A stretch of DNA of 64,000 nucleotides from a virus (taxonomy: Duplodnaviria; Caudoviricetes). The position numbers were made by a program, and so were the translations under genes. Shown here piece by piece: positions 47,534 through 56,852 of the stretch. The stretch lies in IMG/VR virus record IMGVR_UViG_3300017764_000001; one strand, 5' to 3'. The notes under the pieces were generated by a model. The model searched no databases. It saw only the letters and a list, made by a program, of their open reading frames with translations, and was not told the origin of the DNA. Position 1 is the stretch's first letter; each line of letters opens with the position of its first letter.

Positions 47534-49021
47534 ATGGCAAAGTTAAGAGTTGGATTTGGTTCTGATTTTAATATTACAGGACAAAAGGTAGGTCTTGGAA
47601 CCGCAAATCCAACTGCTCTTTTAGAAGTTGCCGAAACTGCCAAGGCAGATTTTAATATTACCGGTGTCACAACACTGACATCTTATGGTGGTTTTGTAGC
47701 ACAGAATCAAAATATTACAGAACCAACAACGATCAAGAGAACGATAAGTAAATCAGGAACTCTTGATAGTGTAAATGAAAGAGAAACTGGATTTACAGAA
47801 CTTGGTGGTGTTCATCACGGTGATGATCAATATTTCAATACACTTTCAGAAGATCTTGTCGTAGAAGACGGAAAGATTTTCAGTATTCATAATACTGAAA
47901 TGGTTGGTTCTACAACTATTGGTGAACAGGATCCACACACTCATGCATCACATGTCTCTGCAGGATCACTGGAACAAGTATCAGTCACCGGACACTTTTC
48001 TGTTCCTTGTGGTGGAATTAATGAAAGGCAAGAAACACTAATCGAAGGAACCGTAAGATTCAATGATGATTTGAATACACTTGAGTTCTTCAATGGAAAT
48101 GAATGGAGACAATTTACTTATAATCAAGGACAAAGTGGTCGTGCCGTTTTCTCTGGTGGTGAATCTGGTGGATCGAATACACAGATACAGGCAATTGATT
48201 ATTATAATATACACACTACTGGAAATGCACTTAATTTTGGTAATGCAACTATCACCGAATCAAGAAAAGCAGGGTGTGCTTCCGCAACTAGAGGATTATC
48301 TGGTGGATCTGATGATACAAGTAACGATAGTACTATTGATTATGTAACCATTGCATCAACAGGAGATGCAATTGATTTTGGAGATTTGTATAATGGTAGA
48401 GGCACATCTGCATCAATGTCATCATCGACTCGTGGACTTTGGGCAGCAGGAAGATCTCCAACTAATCAAGATACAATAGATTATGTAGAAATAGCAACTC
48501 TTGGAAATGCACTAGATTTTGGTGATACAACAGTTGCACGACAATGGTTGGCAGGTTGCTCTAGTTCAACAAGAGGAATTATTGCCGGAGGAGAATCTCC
48601 ATCCTTTGCGTCTCCAACTAGAACTTCAAGAATAGAATATATAACCATGGCATCAAAAGGTGATGCAATTTTATTTGGAGAGTTGACGGGTATTACTGGC
48701 AATCCTGGGGGTTGTTCTAATTCAACAAGAGGATTTTTTGGTGGTGGTGAGCCATCAGCACAGAGTAAGATAGATATGATTACAATTGCATCAACCGGAA
48801 ATGCCATTCGTTTTGGAGAACTAACTGTTGCCAGACTTACAGTAAATGGTGCTGGTAGTCAAACTCGTGGAACATTTTTAGGTGGACATTATAATTTGAA
48901 TGTAATTGATTACATCACAATGTCAACAGAGGGAGATGCAATAGATTTTGGAGACTTAACTATAGGTAGGTGGTCAGGTGCATCATTATCAGATTCTCAC
49001 GGTGGTTTAGGAGGTTTCTAA
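47534..49021 (+). CDS. Propeller-array protein 1 (intact fibre motif + 6-repeat propeller)
   Basis: MAKLRVGFGSDF; FSVPCGGINER...GTVRFNDDLNTLEFFNGNEW; repeats STRG..GG...IDY.TIAS.G.A.DFG; ends SDSHGGLGGF. Confidence 0.85.
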   Translation: MAKLRVGFGSDFNITGQKVGLGTANPTALLEVAETAKADFNITGVTTLTSYGGFVAQNQNITEPTTIKRTISKSGTLDSVNERETGFTELGGVHHGDDQYFNTLSEDLVVEDGKIFSIHNTEMVGSTTIGEQDPHTHASHVSAGSLEQVSVTGHFSVPCGGINERQETLIEGTVRFNDDLNTLEFFNGNEWRQFTYNQGQSGRAVFSGGESGGSNTQIQAIDYYNIHTTGNALNFGNATITESRKAGCASATRGLSGGSDDTSNDSTIDYVTIASTGDAIDFGDLYNGRGTSASMSSSTRGLWAAGRSPTNQDTIDYVEIATLGNALDFGDTTVARQWLAGCSSSTRGIIAGGESPSFASPTRTSRIEYITMASKGDAILFGELTGITGNPGGCSNSTRGFFGGGEPSAQSKIDMITIASTGNAIRFGELTVARLTVNGAGSQTRGTFLGGHYNLNVIDYITMSTEGDAIDFGDLTIGRWSGASLSDSHGGLGGF

Positions 49022-49022
49022 G

Positions 49023-51146
49023 ATGGCAAAAATAAGATTTGGTTACTCTGATGATTTCACCGCAAAGAATAGTGGTGTTGGTATTAATACCACCGATTCA
49101 CAGGAAAATTTAGATGTTGATGGTGTCGTAAAAGGTCAAGATCTAAAGGTCACCGGTATCTCATTACAAACTGGTTATGAAGGATTCCTGAGAGCAGATC
49201 ATCAGATTGCAGAGGATACATCTCTGAGTTTTGATCAAGGACCTGTTTCATCACTTTCTGGTGAGATTATTGTAGAAACTGGTAAAACTGTTACCGTCAA
49301 TGAGGTTGTCAAAGAGACTGCAGGAGTTGGTAATGGTTCTGGTGGTCAATGGAATGATCTGAACGGTAATTATGCTTTTAAGGCAAATGGTGATCCAACA
49401 TGGGATGGATCTGCATTTGTTTATGATGGCACTGGAGATTATCACAGTCTCAGTGGCGGAAATACAAGCACTTTTGAAGTAGGTTCTAGTAATTTTACAT
49501 TAGAACAATGGGTTTATATAACTGCAACATCTTCTATATGCAGTACATTTTTCTCTAAAGGAAATAATAACTCTGTTGGAACAGAATTTATGTCCCTACA
49601 GACTACGAATAATGGCACCACACCAGGATTTTTCTTTGGTTCTGGAAGTTCTCTTTTGGCAGGATCATCTGTAGGAACAGATGGGTGGCATCATTATGTG
49701 GTAACTCGTTCCGGTAATAATTTTACACTTTATGTTGATGGAACGTCAGTAGATACTGCTACTAGTAGTAGTTCTTTGGCATCTGGAATTACTGGTGGTG
49801 TTAATATTGGTGCTCAATCTTACAGTGTTTCTGCTGATGGTAGAAAATTAAATGGAAAAATTTCTATCACTCGTCTTTATGGTAGTAGAGTATTAACAGC
49901 AGCAGAAGTTACACTAAACTATAATGCCGGACATACTGCAACCACATCAGCAGTAGTAGCAACAGTAGACCTCAATGCGAACAATCCAAGTTCCTATCCT
50001 GGAACTCTCAGTGCTGTTGATACCACAGATACAACAATAGCAGGTGGAAGTCAGATTGGATCATTGAAAGTTTTCAATACTTTCACACCTCCAAGTGGTG
50101 ATACAAATCAGAGACCATCAAAACCAAAACCAGGTCAATTATATTATAACTATGACCTCAAGACCATTGAGTTTCATGATGGTTATGGTTGGAGACAAGT
50201 AGATTATACAACTACAAGTAGTCGTGCTGTATTTGCCGGTGGATATAATCCGGGACCATCATATGGTACAATATCAAATATGTCTTATGTAAATATTGCC
50301 TCAACTGGTAATGCATTAGATTTTGGTAGTTTGGTTGCTAATGCAAGAACTGATCACGGTGCTTTTTCAAGTTCGATTCGTGGTATATTCCATCAAAGTA
50401 TTGGAAGTCCGGGTACTGGAGAGAGTTTAGATTATGTTGCTCTGGCATCTGGAGGTCAAGCAGTTGATTTTGGTAATTTGAATACTGCCAGAACAAGATC
50501 TTCGGGATTATCGAGTTCTACTCGTGGACTTATTGCGGGTGGATATACACATCCTGCACGAATTTTCAAAATTGACTATGTAGAAATCGCTACGGTAGGA
50601 AATGCGTTAGAGTTTGGAGAATTAAGTAGTCATGGAATTCGTAATGCCCCTATCGCATCACCAACGAAAGGAGTTTTTGTTGGAGGCACTCCGGCATCTG
50701 CAACAAGAACAAACGAAATAACATTTGTAACAATAGCATCAAAAGGTAATTCTATTGATTTTGGAGGACGTGGTTTATTTTCTGGTTCATATAGTGCGGG
50801 TGGAGTATCTAATGGTGTTCGTGGCGTATATGCGGGAGGAGATACTGGTGGTGACGGTGGTGGTAAAGAAAAATCAATCGGATATTTAAATCTTGCGTCA
50901 ACAGGAAATGCACAATATTTTGGTGATCTTTCCATAGCAGGAAGTCATCATTGTGGAACTTCTAATCATATTCGTGGAATATTTAATTCTAGTGACCAAG
51001 TACCAAACACAGCAGTGTATACAAATGCCATTGAGTATATAACCATATCAACAGCAGGAAATTCTATAGATTTTGGTGATAACGTATTAAGTGCTGGCAG
51101 GAGAGCTTGTACATCAGACTCACACGGCGGACTAGGAGGTTTCTGA
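49023..51146 (+). CDS. Propeller-array protein 2 (LamG-like domain + intact motif + propeller)
   Basis: NFTLEQWVY...WHHYVVTRSG...LYVDG; PPSGDTNQRP...GQLYYN; ends SDSHGGLGGF. Confidence 0.85.
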   Translation: MAKIRFGYSDDFTAKNSGVGINTTDSQENLDVDGVVKGQDLKVTGISLQTGYEGFLRADHQIAEDTSLSFDQGPVSSLSGEIIVETGKTVTVNEVVKETAGVGNGSGGQWNDLNGNYAFKANGDPTWDGSAFVYDGTGDYHSLSGGNTSTFEVGSSNFTLEQWVYITATSSICSTFFSKGNNNSVGTEFMSLQTTNNGTTPGFFFGSGSSLLAGSSVGTDGWHHYVVTRSGNNFTLYVDGTSVDTATSSSSLASGITGGVNIGAQSYSVSADGRKLNGKISITRLYGSRVLTAAEVTLNYNAGHTATTSAVVATVDLNANNPSSYPGTLSAVDTTDTTIAGGSQIGSLKVFNTFTPPSGDTNQRPSKPKPGQLYYNYDLKTIEFHDGYGWRQVDYTTTSSRAVFAGGYNPGPSYGTISNMSYVNIASTGNALDFGSLVANARTDHGAFSSSIRGIFHQSIGSPGTGESLDYVALASGGQAVDFGNLNTARTRSSGLSSSTRGLIAGGYTHPARIFKIDYVEIATVGNALEFGELSSHGIRNAPIASPTKGVFVGGTPASATRTNEITFVTIASKGNSIDFGGRGLFSGSYSAGGVSNGVRGVYAGGDTGGDGGGKEKSIGYLNLASTGNAQYFGDLSIAGSHHCGTSNHIRGIFNSSDQVPNTAVYTNAIEYITISTAGNSIDFGDNVLSAGRRACTSDSHGGLGGF

Positions 51147-51177
51147 TGTCCGATAAATATAGGAAAGTAGTAGTATA

Positions 51178-52602
51178 ATGCCTAAAATAAGGATTGGTTT
51201 TTCAACTGATTTTAATTTAGTCAACGAACAGGTTGGTATCGGGACGACAAATCCTGACTCTAGGTTAAATGTGCCTGGACAAATTCTTGCCGACAATACT
51301 GCTGGTAGTGGAGGAGTATCAACATATAGAGAGTATCAAGGATTTCATCAGACACAGAGTAATGTCAGTCATAAGGTTACGATTGATGCAACCACTGCCG
51401 GTAATCTAAATTCTTTGTCTGGTGAACTAAGAATTGATGGAGATGTCACGATTGCACCAGATACATCAGTAACCAGTGGAAAGATAGATAGTCTAACTGC
51501 AACTGATAAGTTTGCTGTCCCTCTTCGTGATACAAATAGTAGAGATAATACACCGGAGGCAGGAACAACTAGATTTAATCAAGACTACGGAACACTTGAG
51601 TTCTTTGATGGTGCAAATTGGAAGACTGTAAATAAAACATCTAGAAGTGGTCGAGCCGTATTCTTTGGTGGATATATTGGTCCTTCTGGTACAACTCAAA
51701 CTAAGAGTATGGATTTGATTAATATTCCATCATTAGGTAATTCTGTATATTTTGGTGATTTGGGGTCTGTCAGAAATGACACTCAAGGTTGTTCTGATGG
51801 AACTCGTGGTCTATGTGCTGGTGGATATTCCAGTGCCGTAAATCAAAGAATTACTGATACGGAATATATTACATTAGCATCTGCCGGTAATGCAATTGAT
51901 TTTGGCAATTTGGATGAACCAAGAAATGGATTTGCCGGATGTTCTTCGTCAACTCGTGGATTATTTGCTGGTGGTGTAGACAATGCTGCTAACTCTCCAA
52001 CAGTATTGCAAATTGATTATTTTCAAATTTCAACTCTTGGAACGGCATTGGATTTTGGTGATTCGGCAACTTCAAGAACAGTGAGTGGTGGATTGCCTTC
52101 ATCTACTCGTGCAGTATGGGGTTCAGGAAGCAATAGAACAGGTGGAACAGTAACTGCAGTATCAATGATGGACTATTCTACATTTGCATCGAAGGGAAAT
52201 GCTGTTGAATTTGATAATGAAATTTTACCAAGACAAACTGGAAATGGATGTAGTAGTGGAACAAGAGGAGTGTTTGCCGGTGGTTATGGATCTCCTGCTC
52301 TTTATTCATCACCGGCAAATAAAGAAATGGCAAGAAAGATGTCTTATGTAACAATTGCATCAACAGGCAATGCAATTGAGTTTGGAGAACTATCTGCAAT
52401 TAAAACTTATGTTGGATCAAATTCAACAAGTACCAGAGGTATTTGGACGGGTGGATCTAATTACCCAACGCACTATGATGATATTGAATATGTTCAATTT
52501 TCATCATTAGGTAATGCTTTAGACTTTGGAAATCTTCATTCAACCAAAGGTTACATGACTGGATCAGCATCAGATTCTCACGGTGGTTTAGGAGGTTTCT
52601 AA
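51178..52602 (+). CDS. Propeller-array protein 3 (intact motif + propeller)
   Basis: MPKIRIGFSTDF; FAVPLRDTNSR...GTTRFNQDYGTLEFFDG; ends SDSHGGLGGF. Confidence 0.85.
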   Translation: MPKIRIGFSTDFNLVNEQVGIGTTNPDSRLNVPGQILADNTAGSGGVSTYREYQGFHQTQSNVSHKVTIDATTAGNLNSLSGELRIDGDVTIAPDTSVTSGKIDSLTATDKFAVPLRDTNSRDNTPEAGTTRFNQDYGTLEFFDGANWKTVNKTSRSGRAVFFGGYIGPSGTTQTKSMDLINIPSLGNSVYFGDLGSVRNDTQGCSDGTRGLCAGGYSSAVNQRITDTEYITLASAGNAIDFGNLDEPRNGFAGCSSSTRGLFAGGVDNAANSPTVLQIDYFQISTLGTALDFGDSATSRTVSGGLPSSTRAVWGSGSNRTGGTVTAVSMMDYSTFASKGNAVEFDNEILPRQTGNGCSSGTRGVFAGGYGSPALYSSPANKEMARKMSYVTIASTGNAIEFGELSAIKTYVGSNSTSTRGIWTGGSNYPTHYDDIEYVQFSSLGNALDFGNLHSTKGYMTGSASDSHGGLGGF

Positions 52603-52603
52603 G

Positions 52604-55600
52604 ATGGCAAATTTAAGAGTAGATAAGATTACAAGCACAGAAACCTTTGAAAGAACTGGTTCTGTTCAGTTTGGTGGTAGTGGAGATTATTTAAGTCTTG
52701 CAAGTAGTAGTGATTTTGGTTTTGGCACTGGAGATTTTACTATTGAAGCTTGGGTGTGTCCCAGACAAGTATCCAATAACCCATATATTTACGAACCCAG
52801 AACTAGTGCAGCTCAAAATGTAGCTGCTCCGATTATTTACATTTATAATAATAATATTATCTATGCATCAAACATGACGAATTTGATTACAGGTAAAGAA
52901 ATCAATGACAATACGTGGTTTCATGTTGCTGTTGTTCGTCATCAAAGTGTCACCACGTTATATGCTGATGGTGTAAATCAAGGATCAATAAATGATACTA
53001 GAGATTATATTGATTCCCCCGTATTGATAGGTATGAGAAAAAATACTACTGGTCAATCCTTGAATGGTTTTATTAGTAATCTCCGTGTGATTAAAGGTAA
53101 GGCAGTATATACAGCAGACTTCAAAGTTCCAATGAAAGAACTTGAAGCAACTCCTGAGACTGTATTATTATGTTGCCAATCAAAAACTTCTGCAGCTGCC
53201 GCAAAAGTATCACCAAACATCAGTGGAGTTAATGACGGAACAATATGGTCTGATGCTCTTGACGTAACCAATGGTGGTCGATTGAGACATGAAGATTATG
53301 GAGATTCATCAACACACAGCCCATCATTAATTTTTGATGGTGACACTTCAACTGATGCAGAAGGTCCCAACGGAACGAATAATAATATCATATATGATTT
53401 TCAAACTTTACTTGGAAAGAGTATTCCGGTCAGTAGTTCAATTAAAATTGTGATTGGTGGTAGTGATGGTAGAACACTCAAAGTAAATGGAAGTACTATT
53501 GGAACCAATTTGGGATCCACAGTACAGACAATTACTAGTCAATCTGCACTGAATAAGATTGAAGTTGTTGCTGAATCATCTTCAAGAAGTGGTCGATTGG
53601 CAGACATCAAAGTCGATGATGTTTCATTATTACTTCCTGTTCTTCCATTTGGTCGTAACATTAATGCATCAGAACTGTCACCAGGTCTTCTGACTGATAA
53701 AGTTATTGATGGTGGTAGCAGTGCCATCAAAGGATCTGTTGAGTTTGATGGTGACTCTGATGGTTTAGTTCTTTCCAAGTCCACAGATTTTCAATTTGGA
53801 ACAGGTGATTTTACGATTGAGGGGTGGTTCAATGTTTCAGATACTGGAGCAATCAGGACACTTTTTGATAGTAGAAATACCGACACTGTAACCCATGGAC
53901 TTTTTGTTGGAATTAATAGTAATGATAATCTCTATACCTATGGATTTCCTGGTGGCACCGGAGTTGTAAATTATGGAATTCCCAAACACGGAGAATGGCA
54001 TCACTTTGCAGTTGTAAGAAATGGAAGTGATGGGTATGTATTTCTCAATGGAGTAAAAGTTTCTGGAAGTATAGACACAAGTTCTACTAACTATATACAT
54101 CAAGGAGCAACAGTTGGTCAACCTTCAACTGTTTTTGCCGAAACTTTATATCGTTACAAAGGATTTATTTCAAACCTACGTATAGTCAAAGGCACTGCAC
54201 TCTATACACACGACTTCATTCCACCAACCAGAGAACTCAAAAAAGTTCCAGGCACTGTTCTTTTATGTTGCCAAGACCCTGATAATCCACTCACGGAAGC
54301 AACTGGAAAAACCATAACTCCTTATGGTGATCTCGGTGATGGTAGTCTCGGAGGAGAATTAGTCACAAATAATAGTGTATGGACTCTTGCTAAAGGTGGT
54401 AGTGGAGCTACCGATTGGACTGTTAGTAATAATGGCAGATCATTGGCAGGAACAACTGTTAGTGGTGGTTACATAAGAGCAACTTACACTTTATCAAAAG
54501 GTGACTATCTGGTTTCTCTTCGTTGGACTGGTGGTAATTTTGCAGTTCAGGATTCTACTGGATACATAGTCGCAACAGATGGAACTGATACCGAATTTTC
54601 TTCTTCTGAGGATGGTGCATATAGTTTCTACATGACTGCTACTACATCAGTTGTAATCACTGGTACATCTTGGAGCACTGCATATACGGTTGATGATATT
54701 AGTATCAAAAGAATTTATAGAAATAATGGTGCATCAAACTTCACACCACAAGTCGGTGATAATAGGAAAGTAACCTTTGATGGTGTCACCAAAATAAACT
54801 CAGATGCTTATTTCTATCTCCCAACTGGTGATACTATAACCAGAGATAGTCGCAGTGGTCGTGGAATAAGTCTAGGTGGTGCTCCAAGTCCATCAACAGC
54901 TAGAAGTGAGGTAATTGATTATATAACAATTTCCTCCATGGGAAATTCACAGGATTTTGGAAATTTAACTGTGGCAAGATCTTTAAATGGTGGGTGTTCA
55001 TCATCAACAAGAGGAATTTGTGCTGGTGGATATAATGAACCAGTATCAACACCTGGATATCTAGACACAATTGATTATATAACAATTGCAGCAACAGGAA
55101 ATGCAGTTGATTTTGGTAATTTAACTGTGGCTAGAAACGGATTATCAGGAACATCTAATTCAACCCGTGGTGTTTTTGCTGGAGGGTCAAAACCTCCCTC
55201 TGATACTAAAGAAAATGTTATTGACTACCTGACGATTGCATCATTAGGTAATGCAATTAATTTTGGAGATTTAAGTCAGGAGAAAAGAAATACGGGATGC
55301 ACTGGATCTGCAATAAGAGCTATCTGGGCAGGTGGTCAAGTGGGACCAACAATTACAACTGTGATGGATTATGTCACTATTGCATCCACTGGACATGCTG
55401 CTGATTTTGGTGATTTAACTGCCAATAGACGGCATTGTATAGGATCTAGTTCAAGCACTCGTGGTATATTTGCAGGAGGAACAACCAATCCAACATTAAT
55501 AGATATTATTGAATATATAACCATGTCATCTACAGGAAATTCTAATGACTTTGGTAATTTGACGGATGCTAGATCTGAATTTGGAGGACCGTCAAATAAA

Positions 55601-55765
55601 ATTCGTGCTGTCTTCATGGGTGGTTGGGATTCACCTACCTATGACAATAGAATTGATTATATAACAATTGCAACAACTGGCAATGCATCAGATTTTGGTA
55701 ATTTGGGTGGTGGAGTTCGTGGTGCAATGGCAGGAATTTCAGACTCTCATGGTGGTCTTGGATAA
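52604..55765 (+). CDS. Propeller-array protein 4 (two LamG-like domains, half motif, propeller)
   Basis: MANLRVDKI; FGTGDFTIEAWV and FGTGDFTIEGWF; YFYLPTGDTITR joined directly to the propeller. Confidence 0.85.
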   Translation: MANLRVDKITSTETFERTGSVQFGGSGDYLSLASSSDFGFGTGDFTIEAWVCPRQVSNNPYIYEPRTSAAQNVAAPIIYIYNNNIIYASNMTNLITGKEINDNTWFHVAVVRHQSVTTLYADGVNQGSINDTRDYIDSPVLIGMRKNTTGQSLNGFISNLRVIKGKAVYTADFKVPMKELEATPETVLLCCQSKTSAAAAKVSPNISGVNDGTIWSDALDVTNGGRLRHEDYGDSSTHSPSLIFDGDTSTDAEGPNGTNNNIIYDFQTLLGKSIPVSSSIKIVIGGSDGRTLKVNGSTIGTNLGSTVQTITSQSALNKIEVVAESSSRSGRLADIKVDDVSLLLPVLPFGRNINASELSPGLLTDKVIDGGSSAIKGSVEFDGDSDGLVLSKSTDFQFGTGDFTIEGWFNVSDTGAIRTLFDSRNTDTVTHGLFVGINSNDNLYTYGFPGGTGVVNYGIPKHGEWHHFAVVRNGSDGYVFLNGVKVSGSIDTSSTNYIHQGATVGQPSTVFAETLYRYKGFISNLRIVKGTALYTHDFIPPTRELKKVPGTVLLCCQDPDNPLTEATGKTITPYGDLGDGSLGGELVTNNSVWTLAKGGSGATDWTVSNNGRSLAGTTVSGGYIRATYTLSKGDYLVSLRWTGGNFAVQDSTGYIVATDGTDTEFSSSEDGAYSFYMTATTSVVITGTSWSTAYTVDDISIKRIYRNNGASNFTPQVGDNRKVTFDGVTKINSDAYFYLPTGDTITRDSRSGRGISLGGAPSPSTARSEVIDYITISSMGNSQDFGNLTVARSLNGGCSSSTRGICAGGYNEPVSTPGYLDTIDYITIAATGNAVDFGNLTVARNGLSGTSNSTRGVFAGGSKPPSDTKENVIDYLTIASLGNAINFGDLSQEKRNTGCTGSAIRAIWAGGQVGPTITTVMDYVTIASTGHAADFGDLTANRRHCIGSSSSTRGIFAGGTTNPTLIDIIEYITMSSTGNSNDFGNLTDARSEFGGPSNKIRAVFMGGWDSPTYDNRIDYITIATTGNASDFGNLGGGVRGAMAGISDSHGGLG

Positions 55766-55787
55766 ATAATGAAAGAGGTAGTATAAT

Positions 55788-56849
55788 ATGTCAGAGATTC
55801 CAGCAGGTGCAATGAGATTTAACTCCGACTCGCAGAAGTTGGAGTATTGGAATGGCTCGGCATGGTTTCAGGTTCATACTGCAACACCAAATCTTGCAAC
55901 GGCAGGTGATAGAGAACCTGGTGCTCGTGGATTGTTTGCCGGTGGATATCAACCCGGTGCATATCAAAATGATATTGATTATATAAACATTGCATCAACG
56001 GGCAACACACAAGACTTTGGCACTTTAAACAATGCAACTACTGCCGGTGGTGGAGTAGGATCAAGAACTCGTGCATTATTTGCTGGTGGTTATATTGGAA
56101 CAGGTCCTAATGCTCTTGCTCAAATAGACACTGTAGTTTTTGCCAGCACTGGAAGTGCTTCAGACTTTGGTGATATGGCTTTGAATCATTTTAGAAGAGG
56201 ATCTGCAGGAAATGCAACTCGTGGATTATTTGCTGGTGGTGGAAATCCAAATACAACTGACCCACAGATAGATTATGTAACTATTGCAACAACAGGAACT
56301 GCAAATGATTATGGTGATTTAACTCAAACAAGATCCAGATTTGGTGGAGGAGGATCTTCAACTAGGAGTATATTTGCAGGAGGTTTTACCGGACCTAGCC
56401 CAACAAATGTTTATCAAGACATTATTGATTTTGTAAATACACCAACTCTTGGAAATGCACAAGACTTTGGTGATTTAACAAGAGGAAAATCTTGGACAGC
56501 AGTATGTTCAAATCCAACTAGACTGTTGATAGGTGGTGGTGCTATAGCACCCGATGGAAATACGGCAGTCAGTGAAATGGAATATATCACAATTTCAACA
56601 ACTGGTAATGCAGCAATGTTTGGGGACTTGAATCAAGTTGTCGATACTGGGGCATATGCAGGTTCCGGTTTGGCATCCTCGACTAGAGGAGTATTTAATA
56701 CAGGAATATTTAAAAATCCAGGTACAACTTATGATAATACACTTTATTATGTTGAAATTTCAACAACAGGAAAAGCAAGTGACTTTGGTGATCTAGATGG
56801 AAAGAGATATGGAGTTCAAACTTGCTCTAACGGTCACGGAGGGTTATAA
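55788..56849 (+). CDS. Propeller-array protein 5 (small; second half motif + propeller)
   Basis: MSEIPAGAMRFNSDSQKLEYWNGSAW; ends SNGHGGL. Confidence 0.85.
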   Translation: MSEIPAGAMRFNSDSQKLEYWNGSAWFQVHTATPNLATAGDREPGARGLFAGGYQPGAYQNDIDYINIASTGNTQDFGTLNNATTAGGGVGSRTRALFAGGYIGTGPNALAQIDTVVFASTGSASDFGDMALNHFRRGSAGNATRGLFAGGGNPNTTDPQIDYVTIATTGTANDYGDLTQTRSRFGGGGSSTRSIFAGGFTGPSPTNVYQDIIDFVNTPTLGNAQDFGDLTRGKSWTAVCSNPTRLLIGGGAIAPDGNTAVSEMEYITISTTGNAAMFGDLNQVVDTGAYAGSGLASSTRGVFNTGIFKNPGTTYDNTLYYVEISTTGKASDFGDLDGKRYGVQTCSNGHGGL

Positions 56850-56852
56850 GTC

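Larger units (their letters stand above)
48988..52611 (+). repeat. 43-nt exact direct repeat at two gene junctions (48988-49030 and 52569-52611)
   Basis: ATCAGATTCTCACGGTGGTTTAGGAGGTTTCTAAGATGGCAAA in both places. Confidence 0.95.
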